36,270 nucleotides of DNA from Raillietiella orientalis (taxonomy: Eukaryota). How positions within the stretch are numbered: position 1 is the stretch's first letter; the number at the start of each line of letters is the position of its first letter. The notes below the pieces were generated by a model. It was not told the origin of the DNA and made no database searches. It worked only from the letters and a program-made list of their open reading frames with translations. The stretch covers positions 5,084,001-5,120,270 of the forward strand of contig JAYWIR010000009.1 of NCBI GenBank assembly GCA_036172245.1. The letters run 5' to 3'. Both the position numbers and the translations under genes were made by a program. Shown here one piece after another: positions 18,141 through 30,367 of this stretch.

Positions 18141-21100
18141 GGATGATTTTCTTGCAGAGATTTTGAAGAAAGTGTGACTGTCCTTCTAGTCATTCGGATA
18201 ATCTTCAGAGCTATTAGGGCGAAATAGCCTGAATATGCTATCCAGTCCTGTTGACATTTGGATTTGCACTCGCGCAGTACTGGTTAAATAGATATATTAA
18301 ATAGCAAGGCGCTCAATATGAATCCTGGTTTACTCCGCATGGTCCCTTTGTCTTTCTGGTGCAGGTGTCATCTGGATGGAGGTCGTGGATGTTCAATACA
18401 ATTCATTTTTATTTGAAGTAGATGCATCCCGACCTGGGTTTGCAACAAAGAAATAAGTTCAGCTACTACACCCCATCATATGAAAGAAATCCTTTTTGTA
18501 CCTTGCAGATAATGTGGCCTCGCTCCCAGTTTACAACTGAGTGCAAGAGTGGAAACTAAGCAAGTTTGGACCACATCAAGGATCTCAGTGAAAAAAATAT
18601 TTTTGGTTTGTAACTTTAAACAGTCGTTTCCCCAGCAGGAAGACCGAACACAATCTTCTCCACTACTTTGATGGGTGGGAACCCCAACAGATTAATACTA
18701 TTAATTTCTTTATACTTTATCACATGATGCACATCATGCATTTAGCTGACCTAGTATATGAAAATTCCTCATCCGTGTGCATTCCATAGACAAGCCAAAA
18801 GTACCTGTCAGAAACTACGGAGAGATAAGCTGTCGGAAAAATCATATGCACAAAAATTTATCAGCAAAGAACTGCATAATTTGAGAATTCCCAGTCCAAA
18901 TGCAGAAAACTAATACCAAATCCTTACCTTTCATTTCACATGCAGTATACTCAAAAATACTTTGAATAATTCCGAATCTCAAATTAAAATTCTGATTCAT
19001 TGCAATGCTGAGATGGGGTAAACAAAAACTCTGTGCCAAACCCCACCTCAAGGAGGGGTATGCACAACCCTAAAGTGGAAGATGTGGGCATTACTGTTTG
19101 TATAGACATGCACTTATCATTGACAACACAAAAAAGAAAGCCTACCCAGCACAGCTTACAATTAAAAAAAATATAATTGCATAGTTTTGGTCTCTAAAAA
19201 CCAAAGGCAAGAAAAATTTCGTACCATGTCTCAGACTGTTCCACAATCCTGCACCACACCAGTTTTTATGGTCACAAGATATGTCATAATTTCTGATGAG
19301 ATTACTTTGAATTATTTTTGCAAGGAACAAAAAGCTCTTTGCAAATTTTCACCGACGCATTCCTTAACCAACTAAATTTTCCTTTACCACACTTTAAATT
19401 TAAACTAATCAGCTCTCAGATAAGACTAATTTGAAATGCTGCCAGAATTCCTACCTTACAAGTCACTGCAAACATCTGCATTCCATAAACAAAGTGAAAC
19501 AGTTTATGTGTACTCACAGTTTTGGCGAAATTCTGATGTTTAGTACGCAAAGCCTCTATTGTTCACTACCTTTTACAGATCAGGTATGCCACTATCTCAA
19601 TTCATTGTAACCCCCTCCACTTTCTCTTTTCATATAAAAATAAGCTTATTTGACAGATAGATAACACAGCATACCTTTAAACTATCTATCCAATCAGAAA
19701 CAAAAAGAAAGCAGCATAAGACCAACATTAGGATCCTCAAGCTCAAACCATTTCATGCAGAAATGGATTCAACATTACATCCAACCTAACTCTGCGCGTT
19801 TTTGGTTGATATACTGAAGAAACCACCCTTACCACATTCAAACATGTGCGCACAATATAGGCAAAACTTACAACACAAACTTACAGGCCTGTGAAACCAA
19901 ATGCTATCAAACACCCATCACTGCTATGCAAGAAAACTACATTTCTCACTTAATAAATGTGTAATACAAAGAAAAAATTTATGAAATAACAAAAGTGAAA
20001 TGCTGTTCCGAGAAAATCTTTTGGGATTCGGTCAAAATAGGAAAACCAGTGTTCTTGGAATCACCTGAATTAAATGTGCCACTCTGCTTGTAGCTCTCTC
20101 AATGAGATGAAACAGTTATCAATTTCATTAAAATTTAGATCAATGAAACCTTCCTACCCGCACTAACAAACACATTGGAAAACTACTCATATGTTAACAG
20201 CAGGTCAGTAGAAACTCTGCCATATTCCACCACTCTCAATAGTTACTGAACAATATTAACATTCTACTGGAAGAGTTTAGGAACAAAATATTCCATATGG
20301 CCGTACGAAAGCGGAACCATACGAAAGCGCGCCTCCATAAGAACGTCCATACTCATTTAGCTTTCCACGCTTAGCACTCCAGGCAATCCTACCTTTGCTT
20401 GAATACTAGACGTCCATTTCTCCACACAAAACCATGACTATATCCGGTCTTCAATATGAAAGGGAACAGTTTATTCATGTAATATTTTGCCTGTTCAATC
20501 CTCCAAACGATTCCCCTTCCACTACCAATTCGCTTACTCCATACTTCTAAACTGTCAGCATGGGCCCGGAAAATGGTTCACAGTTTCCACTTTGTTCATT
20601 CCCGTCAGCATTGCCAACACTTAATAATCTGTATTTTCCATAGACGTTCCAGAAATGAACCTGGAACCTGGAAGTTCACTTTCGAAAAGTCCCCTTGCCA
20701 GAGGATCCTTGTCACTGAAATATTCAGTTCATATGCAGTAGGATCTGCTTTACTGGAATATCGATTGCAATCACATTGCAATCAAATCTCAAAAGCAGGT
20801 ATTTATTAGTCCACACGTTTGATTTTGGTTTCGGTGTTGCATCATGCTTGTCATAATTATTGCCCTGATGGAGATCCTTCAAGGACTCATCAAGAAGGAG
20901 ATCGGCATCAGGAATTGTGGAAGAATCCATGCCTGGACGTACCGATTCATCCTGAAGAGGATTGAAGACGACGCCCGGGACCAAACATCTGGAAACCCAC
21001 CCTGAAAGCAGAACTTGTGATATCCCCAAGGACTTCAAAGTGATGAAAAGTTGGTATGTTGTATGAATGTGATTGTAGAATGAATGTGTTTTGAAAATTG

Positions 21101-22026
21101 AAAATAAACTTACCCCACCCCTTGTGGGACTTGGGGAAAATTGTCATAATTATTGCCCTTCTATTCCAGATATAGGTCTGGAAATACATATTGGAATGTC
21201 TCTGGATCGCCATACGCATATTAGAAAATCTGTTAGTTAGCTTGTCAAAGACCAACTTTAAGGAGAAAGCAGTTCTCCATTACTGACTTTTTCATCACTT
21301 CACAAACCTCACGAAGAGGAGAAAACAGTAATGTCTTAGCTGGACTGAACTCTGGTTTGCAAAATCTGATTGATCCTCCGCAATGAGGGAATTTGTTTCT
21401 ACTAATTTTCAATGCGTCAGACTGCACTGTTTTTTTCGTGGAAAGTCAGTAAAGCAACTTTCTGGATTTACATCTCCACATTTTCTGTTAGGCCGTACAA
21501 AACAATTCTTAAAGAGACTAAAAGGCAATACTTCTTCCGTGAAAATAGAATTGGAAATGATTCTATGCGTCGATTTTGCTTGCGTTTTTTTTTTTTTGAG
21601 GTTTTTATCAAGCAAACCTAAAAATCTTTTTACGAAAAAAAGGTTGCTATATCGCTAAGTTGAGATAATGCATCGCCTGGATAGATCCCAATTTGTTAGC
21701 AGACTTTTTGCTGCTTTGTCTTCTTCAAATAGAGTGCAGGCGAGAAAACTCATCTCTAGAAAATCGGCAAATTTGAAAGAAACGGTTTCTGAATTCTGAA
21801 TGTTCCAAATAATGTTTCCTTCTTCATTTTTTTGGAGGCAAACGCTGTAGAAAATGAGACTCCTGATCTTAAGTAATCTACTCTTCAGTACAAAAAAAGA
21901 TATGATCTGAAGAGAATGAAAATCGAAAACCGAGTTTCATGTAATCTAGGAGAACAGGATACATATATCTGTTAGTTCAGAATTGCATTTGCTGATATTG
22001 AAAAAGAACTCATTTGGTCTCTCTTA

Positions 22027-24180
22027 GCTTTTGACGGTTCCGGAGACAAGCAGGGATTCGCCGAAGACTGCGTCTTCTTGTACCACCAGCGTGTTGTAGG
22101 TGCCGGCGAGGCCAGACAGGAGGTGGTAGCAGGACCTAAGGGGAAGGTCACCAATCTCTCTCACGTAGACAACTTCCGCATCGAAGCCTTCTAGCCTGAC
22201 TCTCCCGTGCGCAACCATGAGTTCCTCAACGAAAACATATTTCCACGAGAGCTTGTCGAAGTCGACGCCGCCCACCCTCTGCTCCAAGAAGTCGCTGGTC
22301 ACGAGCAGTCTCGTGCAGAGCATTTCCTCGTCCTCTTGGAACCTGACATTTCGACTTCTCTATCCAGCCGTGTGACAGAGCCGCTCAGCTCGACGCCGTT
22401 GACGCGTTCGTGCACTAAGACCTCCTCATGGAGGTGCACCGATTCCAGGAACGTCATCGACCCTTGGACGGACCACCTCTCGGACAAGAAGTAGGCGCCA
22501 TGGTAAAGCACTGAGAGGCCTACCCAGTCCACCAGCACTCCGTTCACGATGGTCACGGATGCAGTCGTCGCGTTCTCTACGGCATCCTCAAAAGACAACC
22601 TTCCCGTGATGATCACATCATTGTCCTGAATCACGAAATTCTCCTTCAGATGCTTGCAGATGCTGTGAGTTACCAGATCGTTCTCGAAGACTGAGGTGCT
22701 TAGAAGCGTCACGTCGTCGTCGGCCAACTGGGGTTCTTACTTCACCATGTAAGTGCGAGCGAGCGAGGTGAGGACGTACCCGTTGACTTCTTGCATGCGT
22801 GCGGAGCCGCTGAAGAGCACGTCATCCTTGAAGACGCGGTCCCCATGAACCACGGTGGGTTGCCTGGAGCCACAATGATGGGCGCTGCGAATACGATGTT
22901 TCTGGTAACGACGTTGTCCCCCTGGGCACTCACGACGTCCTAGCTGAATCTCAGGCCGTTCAGACGGTCGCAGAGCAGCGCTCCCAGCATAAACACGGGA
23001 GGGAATGCGAAGCTCGCGAGCAGCTCCTGGTTTCAGGATCGGACGAGGAAGTAGCTTCACTACTCTGGAAAGACTGCCTATGGTCTGGTCTCGATTAACT
23101 CGACGGCAGCTGCGAACAATCGAGTGCCTCCGAGAAAGTCATCGTCCTCATGGAATCGAGGAAACCATACAGAGGCACACCGTTGAGAAAGTCCACCTCG
23201 ACGTCACCGAGTACGTAGTTTCCGAACAGTTCCTGGTAGACGTCGAGCCTGATCACCGACTTGGCCTACTCTTGCAGGTGCATCTCATTCACGGTCCCGA
23301 AGACTACGAAGTCGCCGAGCACTCGGGCTTCCGAGGTCCTCGGGCCGGAGACCTGCTGGTGAGGCACGTCCGTCTATATGGCGTCCTCTTAGTAGAGTTA
23401 ATTGAGGGGGGTTCCTGAGGCGACCTCCACGTCACCGAGGACAGCGACGTTTGCGTACCTAAGCAGCCCCGTGATCGTACACCATCACCGTTGACGTCCT
23501 TGATATAGTCCAGAAAGATCCCTTCGATGGTGCTGGAGACGGTCAGGTTCCCCACTCCCACGGAACGCCTACCCTTAGAGTGGGAAGACCACAGCAGCTA
23601 ACCCTTGTTTACCAGTAGGTGGTTGAGGGTGGCGTCCACCTCTGAATCTTTTCCGAGAGGACCTCTCGGAATATCAGCGTAGAGTGGACAATCTGCTCCG
23701 GTGGAAAGATGCGCAGGAAGTCGCTGAATTCCCGCCTAAGACTGTCGATAGCATGTTCCAGCTCGAACAGCTTCCCGGTCTGCAACCCTCGGGGCGCGAG
23801 AGTCGTCTTCAAAGTCGAGCTGGATCGAACCGGCGAATATGGTCTCCTCCATCGTACCCGTGGACGAAGAAGGCGCCTTGTATTTCTTGGGGCTCTGTGG
23901 AAATCAGCAGCCGTCCGCGCAGCAGGCGTTTATGAATTCGGGGTCACATGGCACGCCTCCGCCACCTGCGACAGACTCTCCAAGCAGCTCTTCCAGGAAG
24001 GCGACGTCTTCGGTCGCCGAGGACGCCGGGTGGAGCTGGCAGGCGAGCTCCCAGCAGGTGGCTGCACTCCTCTTGCGGAAGAGGACAAACAGCTGCCCGT
24101 CGTCCGAGTCCCCCAAGTCCACCAGGACTACGTTGCTGCCCGCGGCGCGGGTTCTGGGCGACGCGGAAGTGTCGCATATG
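22027..24180 (-). pseudogene. GC-rich intronless fragment resembling the arthropod Closca/Nasrat/Polehole repeat proteins
   Basis: Recurring beta-rich units (ERVNGVELSGSVTRLDREVEMSG, QEVNGYVL, DFLNGVPL, QRVGGVDF, TIVNGVLV, GTVNEMHL) after a coiled-coil-like segment. Many stops and frameshifts; sharp GC edges. Family call is from memory only. Confidence 0.45.
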
Positions 24181-25492
24181 CATAATCGCCCATTTCAATC
24201 AGATATTTTCTTGAAGTCAAATACGAGTTTAATGCTTCATTTCATTACCCTTCCAGAGCTGAAATAATAGAACTAACGCTTTCCATTGTGACAGAAATGC
24301 CAAGCGACTCATAATTTTTGGTATGCTGATTACTGAATGAATCTATGGAATTGCTCATTTTAAATGCATAGTCGAATGTAAAATGACGGAAGCGTATTTC
24401 ATATATCTGAACTTTCTAGAGAATTGCATGCAACGTTGTTCATATTTAATTTGCACATCTTTGGTATTTTCGTAAAATGATATAACTTGCATATAAGTGT
24501 AGAATGATGCGTGCCTTTGCTGTAATGAGAACAGGTAATGCATCAGTGAATGATGAAAATAATGACAGTTTGCGTGCAGCTTTCTGATTTGTGCAGGCTA
24601 AGTAAAATCTTCATGATGTGGAAAAGAACTGAAGATTGGAAGAGGCATGTATTGAAAAAATTGTATCAAACGACGAGCAATAGTTGAGCAACACAATAGT
24701 GTTGCTATTTGCTGTTTATAGCCAAGTGTTTAGTTGATTTGAACAATCCCTACGGAATCATTTTTCTTGTTTCGCATTTTCTTGGGAAATACAACCGCTA
24801 ATTTTTGAAATGTTGTCTTTGGTTGTGTACTTTCATGCATCCAGTAATGAATTCAGCGTTCTAGAAAAATGCGATTGATGTAATAAAGCAGGAAGACTAT
24901 TGATCAGCACTCTGAGGAATCAACTTTTGCAAAAACTTGATTGTAGAAGCCAAATGTTTAAGGAGCTGTTCAAGTTAAGCCATGTTGTCCCCAGTGAAAA
25001 GTGCGTATCTTTTTGGAATCGGTTTGGTTGCTCAGTTTCTTGATGTAGAGTATACAGGTTGTAATGGCTTGTGTATCATATTCATGCTTCTTGGTACTCC
25101 AATAAGAAGTTTTGTGTGGAAGTGATTCCTGTGTGCGGATGTAACTGTGGTGTTGTTTTTTGAATTTCAGTGGAACTTATTTCTTGACTCTACCTGAAAA
25201 ATGTGATTATTCACTCTTGTATTGATAAGATTTTGGATCTTTTGTAGGTAGCAGGTGCTGCTCTGACATTTGGTATTCTGCCGTTTTTTACAAGTATGCA
25301 ACTCAGCTTAGCTAATAAAAATTTGTTCTAGGAATTACCCTAAAATGGAAAAACCATTTTAGGTATACATGGTTTCAATTTTCAAGGAACTCCATGTGTA
25401 CATTGTGTACAAAGAATAAGTGATTTAGACATTTTATGGAAACTTTTGCTATCTGTATTTCCAGTGAGGTTCCGAGCGCATAAAGCGTTCGA

Positions 25493-25990
25493 TTTTCACC
25501 CGGATTTCGCCGGGGCGTTCATTGATCGAGAAACTTTTACAAAGACGTGCAGTGGCTGGACCAATGCTCCAGCCACGCGAAGAAACACAGAGACTGCCGA
25601 GTCACCGTTTCGCAGACCGGTACGGTCAACCACGGCAGCAGGGGGGAGGGGGAAAAAAACAAAAAACTGAACAAAAAAGAAAAGAAAAAGTGGGAGGGTA
25701 CGGGAAGGGATTACCGTAGCTGGTGGGGACGTTGCATCCTTCTCAGGATGCCGGCAAGCTATTGCTGGATGCTTGAATCCAGGTGAAGCCATCTCGACGC
25801 CCTCCTCAGGAATTGGACGGCGCCCTGGATGGCACCCTGGTCGCGTGGTCCTACCGTAGCCGTGCCCCATGCGGCGACGATCCCGATACCGGCGAGAATT
25901 TCGTCGGTCGTGAAAGGCTCTCCGAGGCTTTCTTTCTCCTCCTCCCCTATCGCCACGGCTCCATTCGAGAGCAAGCGCCGAGCAAGCGGG
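25493..25990 (-). mobile_element. Tx1-like copy F: internally deleted, with the linker fused to the ORF2 end, plus 3' UTR
   Basis: LARRLLSNGAVAIGEEEKESLGEPFTTDEILAGI joins GIVAAW..FLRRASRWLHL. 3' end AATGAACGCCCCGGcgaaatCCGGGTGAAAA; hairpin at 25552-25576. Confidence 0.82.
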
Positions 25991-26890
25991 GGTGGGTCCT
26001 CTCCATTTCAACTTCTTCGAAGGGAACCCGGAAAGGATCTGCTAGTAGAAATTTCTTCTCCCGAGGGATCCCGCAAGGGAACCTCTCCTGTTCACTCCTC
26101 TGAAGGGAATCCCGAAAGCACGCTTCCGAAACTCAGAAGGGGTGCTGCAGCTTCCCACAGTGGGTCGTTATTGCTTGATCCCTTGCACTTTTCTGGAGAG
26201 GAGGCGACTCGGAGGGTCCCCCCGAAACAGAGGGAGGTCCTTTCCTTTGAGTAACTGGAGAGGTGCCCGTGAGGGCTCCTGCTCCATCTTGAAACTGGAA
26301 GGGTTCCTCCGGTGTGAGGGTTTGCTCTCCGTTATACGACCGGAGGGGAAACTCCCCACTCCTGGATTCCTGGAAGGACCCAATGGTCGACTTCCATTGC
26401 GTCGGCCTTCATCGGGGACCTCCGGCTTAAACCACCACCGGGTTACGACCGAATATCTTCGCCAACCAGCGCCATCTTGCAGGAGAAACTGGGAACCCAA
26501 CGATGCAGTGGCGTCAGTTTCTGCCGCAGTATTCGAACCCGCGACGCACGGTGCCACGCGCGCAAGCTTTAACCACAAAGCCTCCGACGCGGGCTGATCT
26601 TTGCATTCTGAAATCGGCGGTCTGACCGAATGACAAACATGCCGGATTGGTTGCTGAGTACCTCCATGGTCCCATCCTGCGGCAGGAGACTCTTGTACCT
26701 TCACGGTGATTTCACGACTTTGTTATGCACATCCTCATTGCTGACAGATGACATATTTTGCACATATGGAAACTGACATTGCCAAATGAGATCTTGGAGT
26801 AGATACCTTCTTGCATTTCTGTTAGTATGCGAATACAGAAGCTCAAATGGTTTCCTCACATTTATTATCTCAATAATTTCTCACCTCTCT

Positions 26891-26964
26891 CTAAATTTAC
26901 AGGGAATTCATTCAAAAAAAAAGAGAGAGAGAGAGAGGTGTGAAGGAATTCCCTGTAAATTTAG
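26891..26964. repeat. Inverted repeat with 24-bp arms (1 mismatch) around an A-run/(GA)n spacer
   Basis: CTAAATTTACAGGGAATTC at 26891-26909 is the exact reverse complement of 26946-26964. TTCA/TGAA extends the stem inward. Confidence 0.85.
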
Positions 26965-29704
26965 TTAAGAGATAGAAGCATACTAAGAATTGCTGGTCCC
27001 TACTGTTATTTAACTTGTTTCTTCAACTGAACATCGGAAACAGTGTGATTTTTAGTTTTTGCTGATTTTCATATTCTTGTTGTTTGTAATCAAAAGCATT
27101 CCGAGACCACTTGGCAATATGTCTCCATTTTCCAGCCATTTTCCTCGATCTATGAATAGAATTTTGACTGGTAAGCCGATCTTTCTGAACATTATTCTCC
27201 GAACTTTGCTTTTGTGTGACATCATTAGATTCAGTCTCTCTACCTTGATTGCGGTTGTTCATCATTGTGATTGTGCTTCAATTCAACATGTCTGGAATGA
27301 TGACCACAACCCTTCTAAACACAAGATTCTACAGCAGCACATTATGATGGCTGTAAAGACAATCTTATGAAATATTTCATGAAAACTGAAAAATGCTCAA
27401 AGCGAACATAAGATAAGATTTTCCTCAGTTCAACTTCAAGTGAAGCCCCAAATACAAAGAATGGAGCTAAGGGATCGTTGTTGCCATGGCTCTATCAACA
27501 TAAAAGTTTTCAATATTTATTTGTTGTGGCCCAGGAAAAGGGACCACTGTTCCTGTGGGGTAGGTGCTTTGCAGCTGAGGTGGGCGAATAAAAAAAAAGT
27601 ACATTCTGTACTCGCGGTTTAGCTTCTAGGAAGGCGCCCTCTTGGAGTTTCTGAAGGACGTGGCGGATGATCCACGCAGGAACTCTACCATAGCCTCGGA
27701 TTTCGATTTCTTCATTTTACCAAATCCATCAGAATGTACTTCGCTGTCACTTGTACACCCCTCCGGAGATTGATCCTCCTGATTAGGATGCTTCGGGTGA
27801 AGGAGACAAGAATTGCCCTCAACTTGGGGTTGTACAGAGAGATGATTCCTTGTCCTTCGAAGAGTCGTCACAGGATCTCAACCTTGGTCTTTTCTGTGGT
27901 TCTCTGGAACACTTGCCGATCGCTGACAAGGATTCTGCAAGTGAAAAGGTGCGATCCACTTTCTAGGGGCAGTTCCCGTCTTCAGGGTCTCTATCCAGTA
28001 TTACACGTCGTCCCGCATAGGATCCCTCCATGATAAAACATCAGGGGCAGTCTTGTATCTTTAGCGATATGTCTCTTGTCCATGGAAAGGTTCTCATGAT
28101 GCGTAGGCTCAAGGGAGTTCAAGCGAACCGTGTCGACATCTCATTGCCTCTGCTGCAGTGACTTGCAACTGAAGTTCATCTTCCGAGGCTCGGAGGTTGA
28201 CTTTGGTTCATTGAAAACCCAGGACTTGCCATAGTTCACGAGTCCTGTGCGTCGTCCACCCTTACTTCTGTTGCTTGTAACGGAGCACTTGCACTTGGTG
28301 TAGAAATATTCTTAGTCACCGATGGTGAGGTTTCTTCTACTTTCCCAAGAATGGGCATTTCTCTTTTTTCGAATTCATTTTTCAGTGGCCCATGGGGTGC
28401 TCACGAAAAGAGGAATCACTAAGGCAAGCATCAACTTTGAAGCATGAAGTTTGCTCTTCGTTCCAAAAGTACAATTTTCAGCCATCTACGATGATTGCAA
28501 CTTTGCTTTTATAGTAGGCAGAGTTACCATCTTTTATAGCTGGTAACTCTGCTTTTACCTGTTTTTATAGCTGGCACGGTTACCAGATTAATTTTTGTCT
28601 CTGATTTACTGCTACAGTCTAGTTCCTTTCTGAGTACCTCAAATTTCAAATAAAGACTTGAAAGACATTGTTGCGCTTCAAGCTTGTTTTTTCTGGCTGT
28701 CTTTCAACAACACAGGTCATCTAATAGAAGGTCACTACGTTTGGAGAAATGTTACGAAACTATGGGACACTCGCATTTTTTCTAATCATTATTTTCAGAA
28801 ATAAACAATCTTTGAATTCTGTATTTATCAATTTTTGTGCACTGACGTTCTAACGCAGTTTTTAAAATGGTGGAAAGGTGGAAATATTTTAGAAAAAGTT
28901 ATCTTGAAAATGCAAAGTACATTTCGTTTCAAAGACCTCCTCGACATCCATGAAATAGTGTTTCTTCTCTCTTTTCCAAAGAAATTTATATTGCTAAGTG
29001 AAAAATCCCTCAGAAAAAATGCACTTGCTTTGTAGCTAAGCATTCTTTCAAAAAGTGATAGTATAAGCTAATTAGCCCTTTGATCGTCATCGTTCAAGGG
29101 ATCGGCATTTTCAAGTTTTCTCTTCGTATTTATAATTCGTCTGAGACATTTAATTTCTATACCATCCATGGAACTGATTAGCATTATTGTTAAGAACTGA
29201 AATGAAATCAAATCAATCAAGTTACTCGCACTGTGCAAGTAATCCATCCTGGTCATTTAACATTGGACCCTGTCCTGAGGCGAAAAGTTTTCTAACTGAG
29301 ACTTCAGGATGTCGTTCGCTCTTTCTGGCGCACTTTTTCCTTTTCTCCTTCTCCTCATGAATTTGGAAATCCTCTAGTAACCTGATAGAAAGTAAAGACA
29401 ATTGTATTCTAGAATTCGCATCCGATTATGGTCAGTTAATCACCACTCAACGTCTCATTTCGCGCTTCAGAAGGAATAACTCTACTGTTTATTATCCCTC
29501 ATTTTTCTCATTGTAATCTTTCTGTGCATACGAACGAGGTGGCCATCTCCCCATAATAGCCCATTTTCCTCTTTCAACTAATTAATTGTATTGCTTTATG
29601 TATAATTCTACTTAGAAAACGTTCCAAAGTGCATTTCAGAAATCATGTGAGGGCAACTTGTTATCTATTCGTGTAAGGAAATTCGATGTTCTTATGGCCG
29701 GAAG

Positions 29705-29787
29705 CCAAGACCTTCATATATCTCATAACTTTGTAACAACATGTATTTTCAAATTTCAATTTCAATATTGTAACATGAAGAATGCAT
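29705..29787 (+). repeat. 83-bp dispersed repeat, copy 1
   Basis: CCAAGACCTTCAT..TTCAAATTTCAATTTCAATA..GAAGAATGCAT recurs at 32498-32580 with a few substitutions. Confidence 0.85.
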
Positions 29788-30256
29788 ATCTCCTTCATAG
29801 CGCCTAACACCTGATATCCAGGTGCAGAGTGATCTTGAACCGAAATCCAGAGTGAACCAGAACAAAAATCAAGGAGCAGCATGGTGGTTTTCAGTCTTGT
29901 AAGGTGTGTCCACTTTGGCGACAGGTGAAGCTGCAGGGAGACGACGGATGCATCGTCAATGCATACCCATGATGTGTGAAGGCAAAAAAAAAGGAAAAGT
30001 CAAAAAGTTCGTGTAATTCATGTGTGTTTGATAATTAGTTCAATATAATCCAGAGTTTCCATCAGCTTGACTTTCACAAAAGTTACAGTTAATTATGATC
30101 GAAATCAATTTAAGCTGAGCCACCATGGGAACCCCACTTCGTAAGAGTTTGGACGGTGAGGTAAGTCGCCATGCGTAGAAGGCTGCTGTGTTTACCGTGT
30201 GTACGATAGATGTGTATGCCCAATGGAGTTTGAGTCGAATAAGTGGGGCATAAAAA

Positions 30257-30367
30257 ATGATATATGCATTATTAACTTTTCTGTTTTTGAATTTTGTGTT
30301 GCCGACGTTCGGTAATTCAACTACTGATGGCCCTGAAGCCTTTTTTGAACATGAAAGTGGAAAACTC
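30257..30367 (+). CDS. TXNDC15: TXNDC15-like gene, coding exon 1 (signal peptide)
   Basis: MIYALLTFLFLNFVLPTFG hydrophobic leader; GTAAGT donor at 30368; phase 0. Confidence 0.65.

Noticed and set aside
27996..28004. CAGTATTAC, a CRESS-type nonamer
   Set aside because: No flanking stem and no Rep or Cap nearby; likely chance.
27626..28360. Moderately GC-rich segment with short ORFs
   Set aside because: The frames I translated gave no recognisable domain; nothing can be supported.
28830..29560. Possible spliced gene on the minus strand, divergent from TXNDC15
   Set aside because: Acceptor-like sites exist, but no consistent open exon chain or recognisable protein was found.
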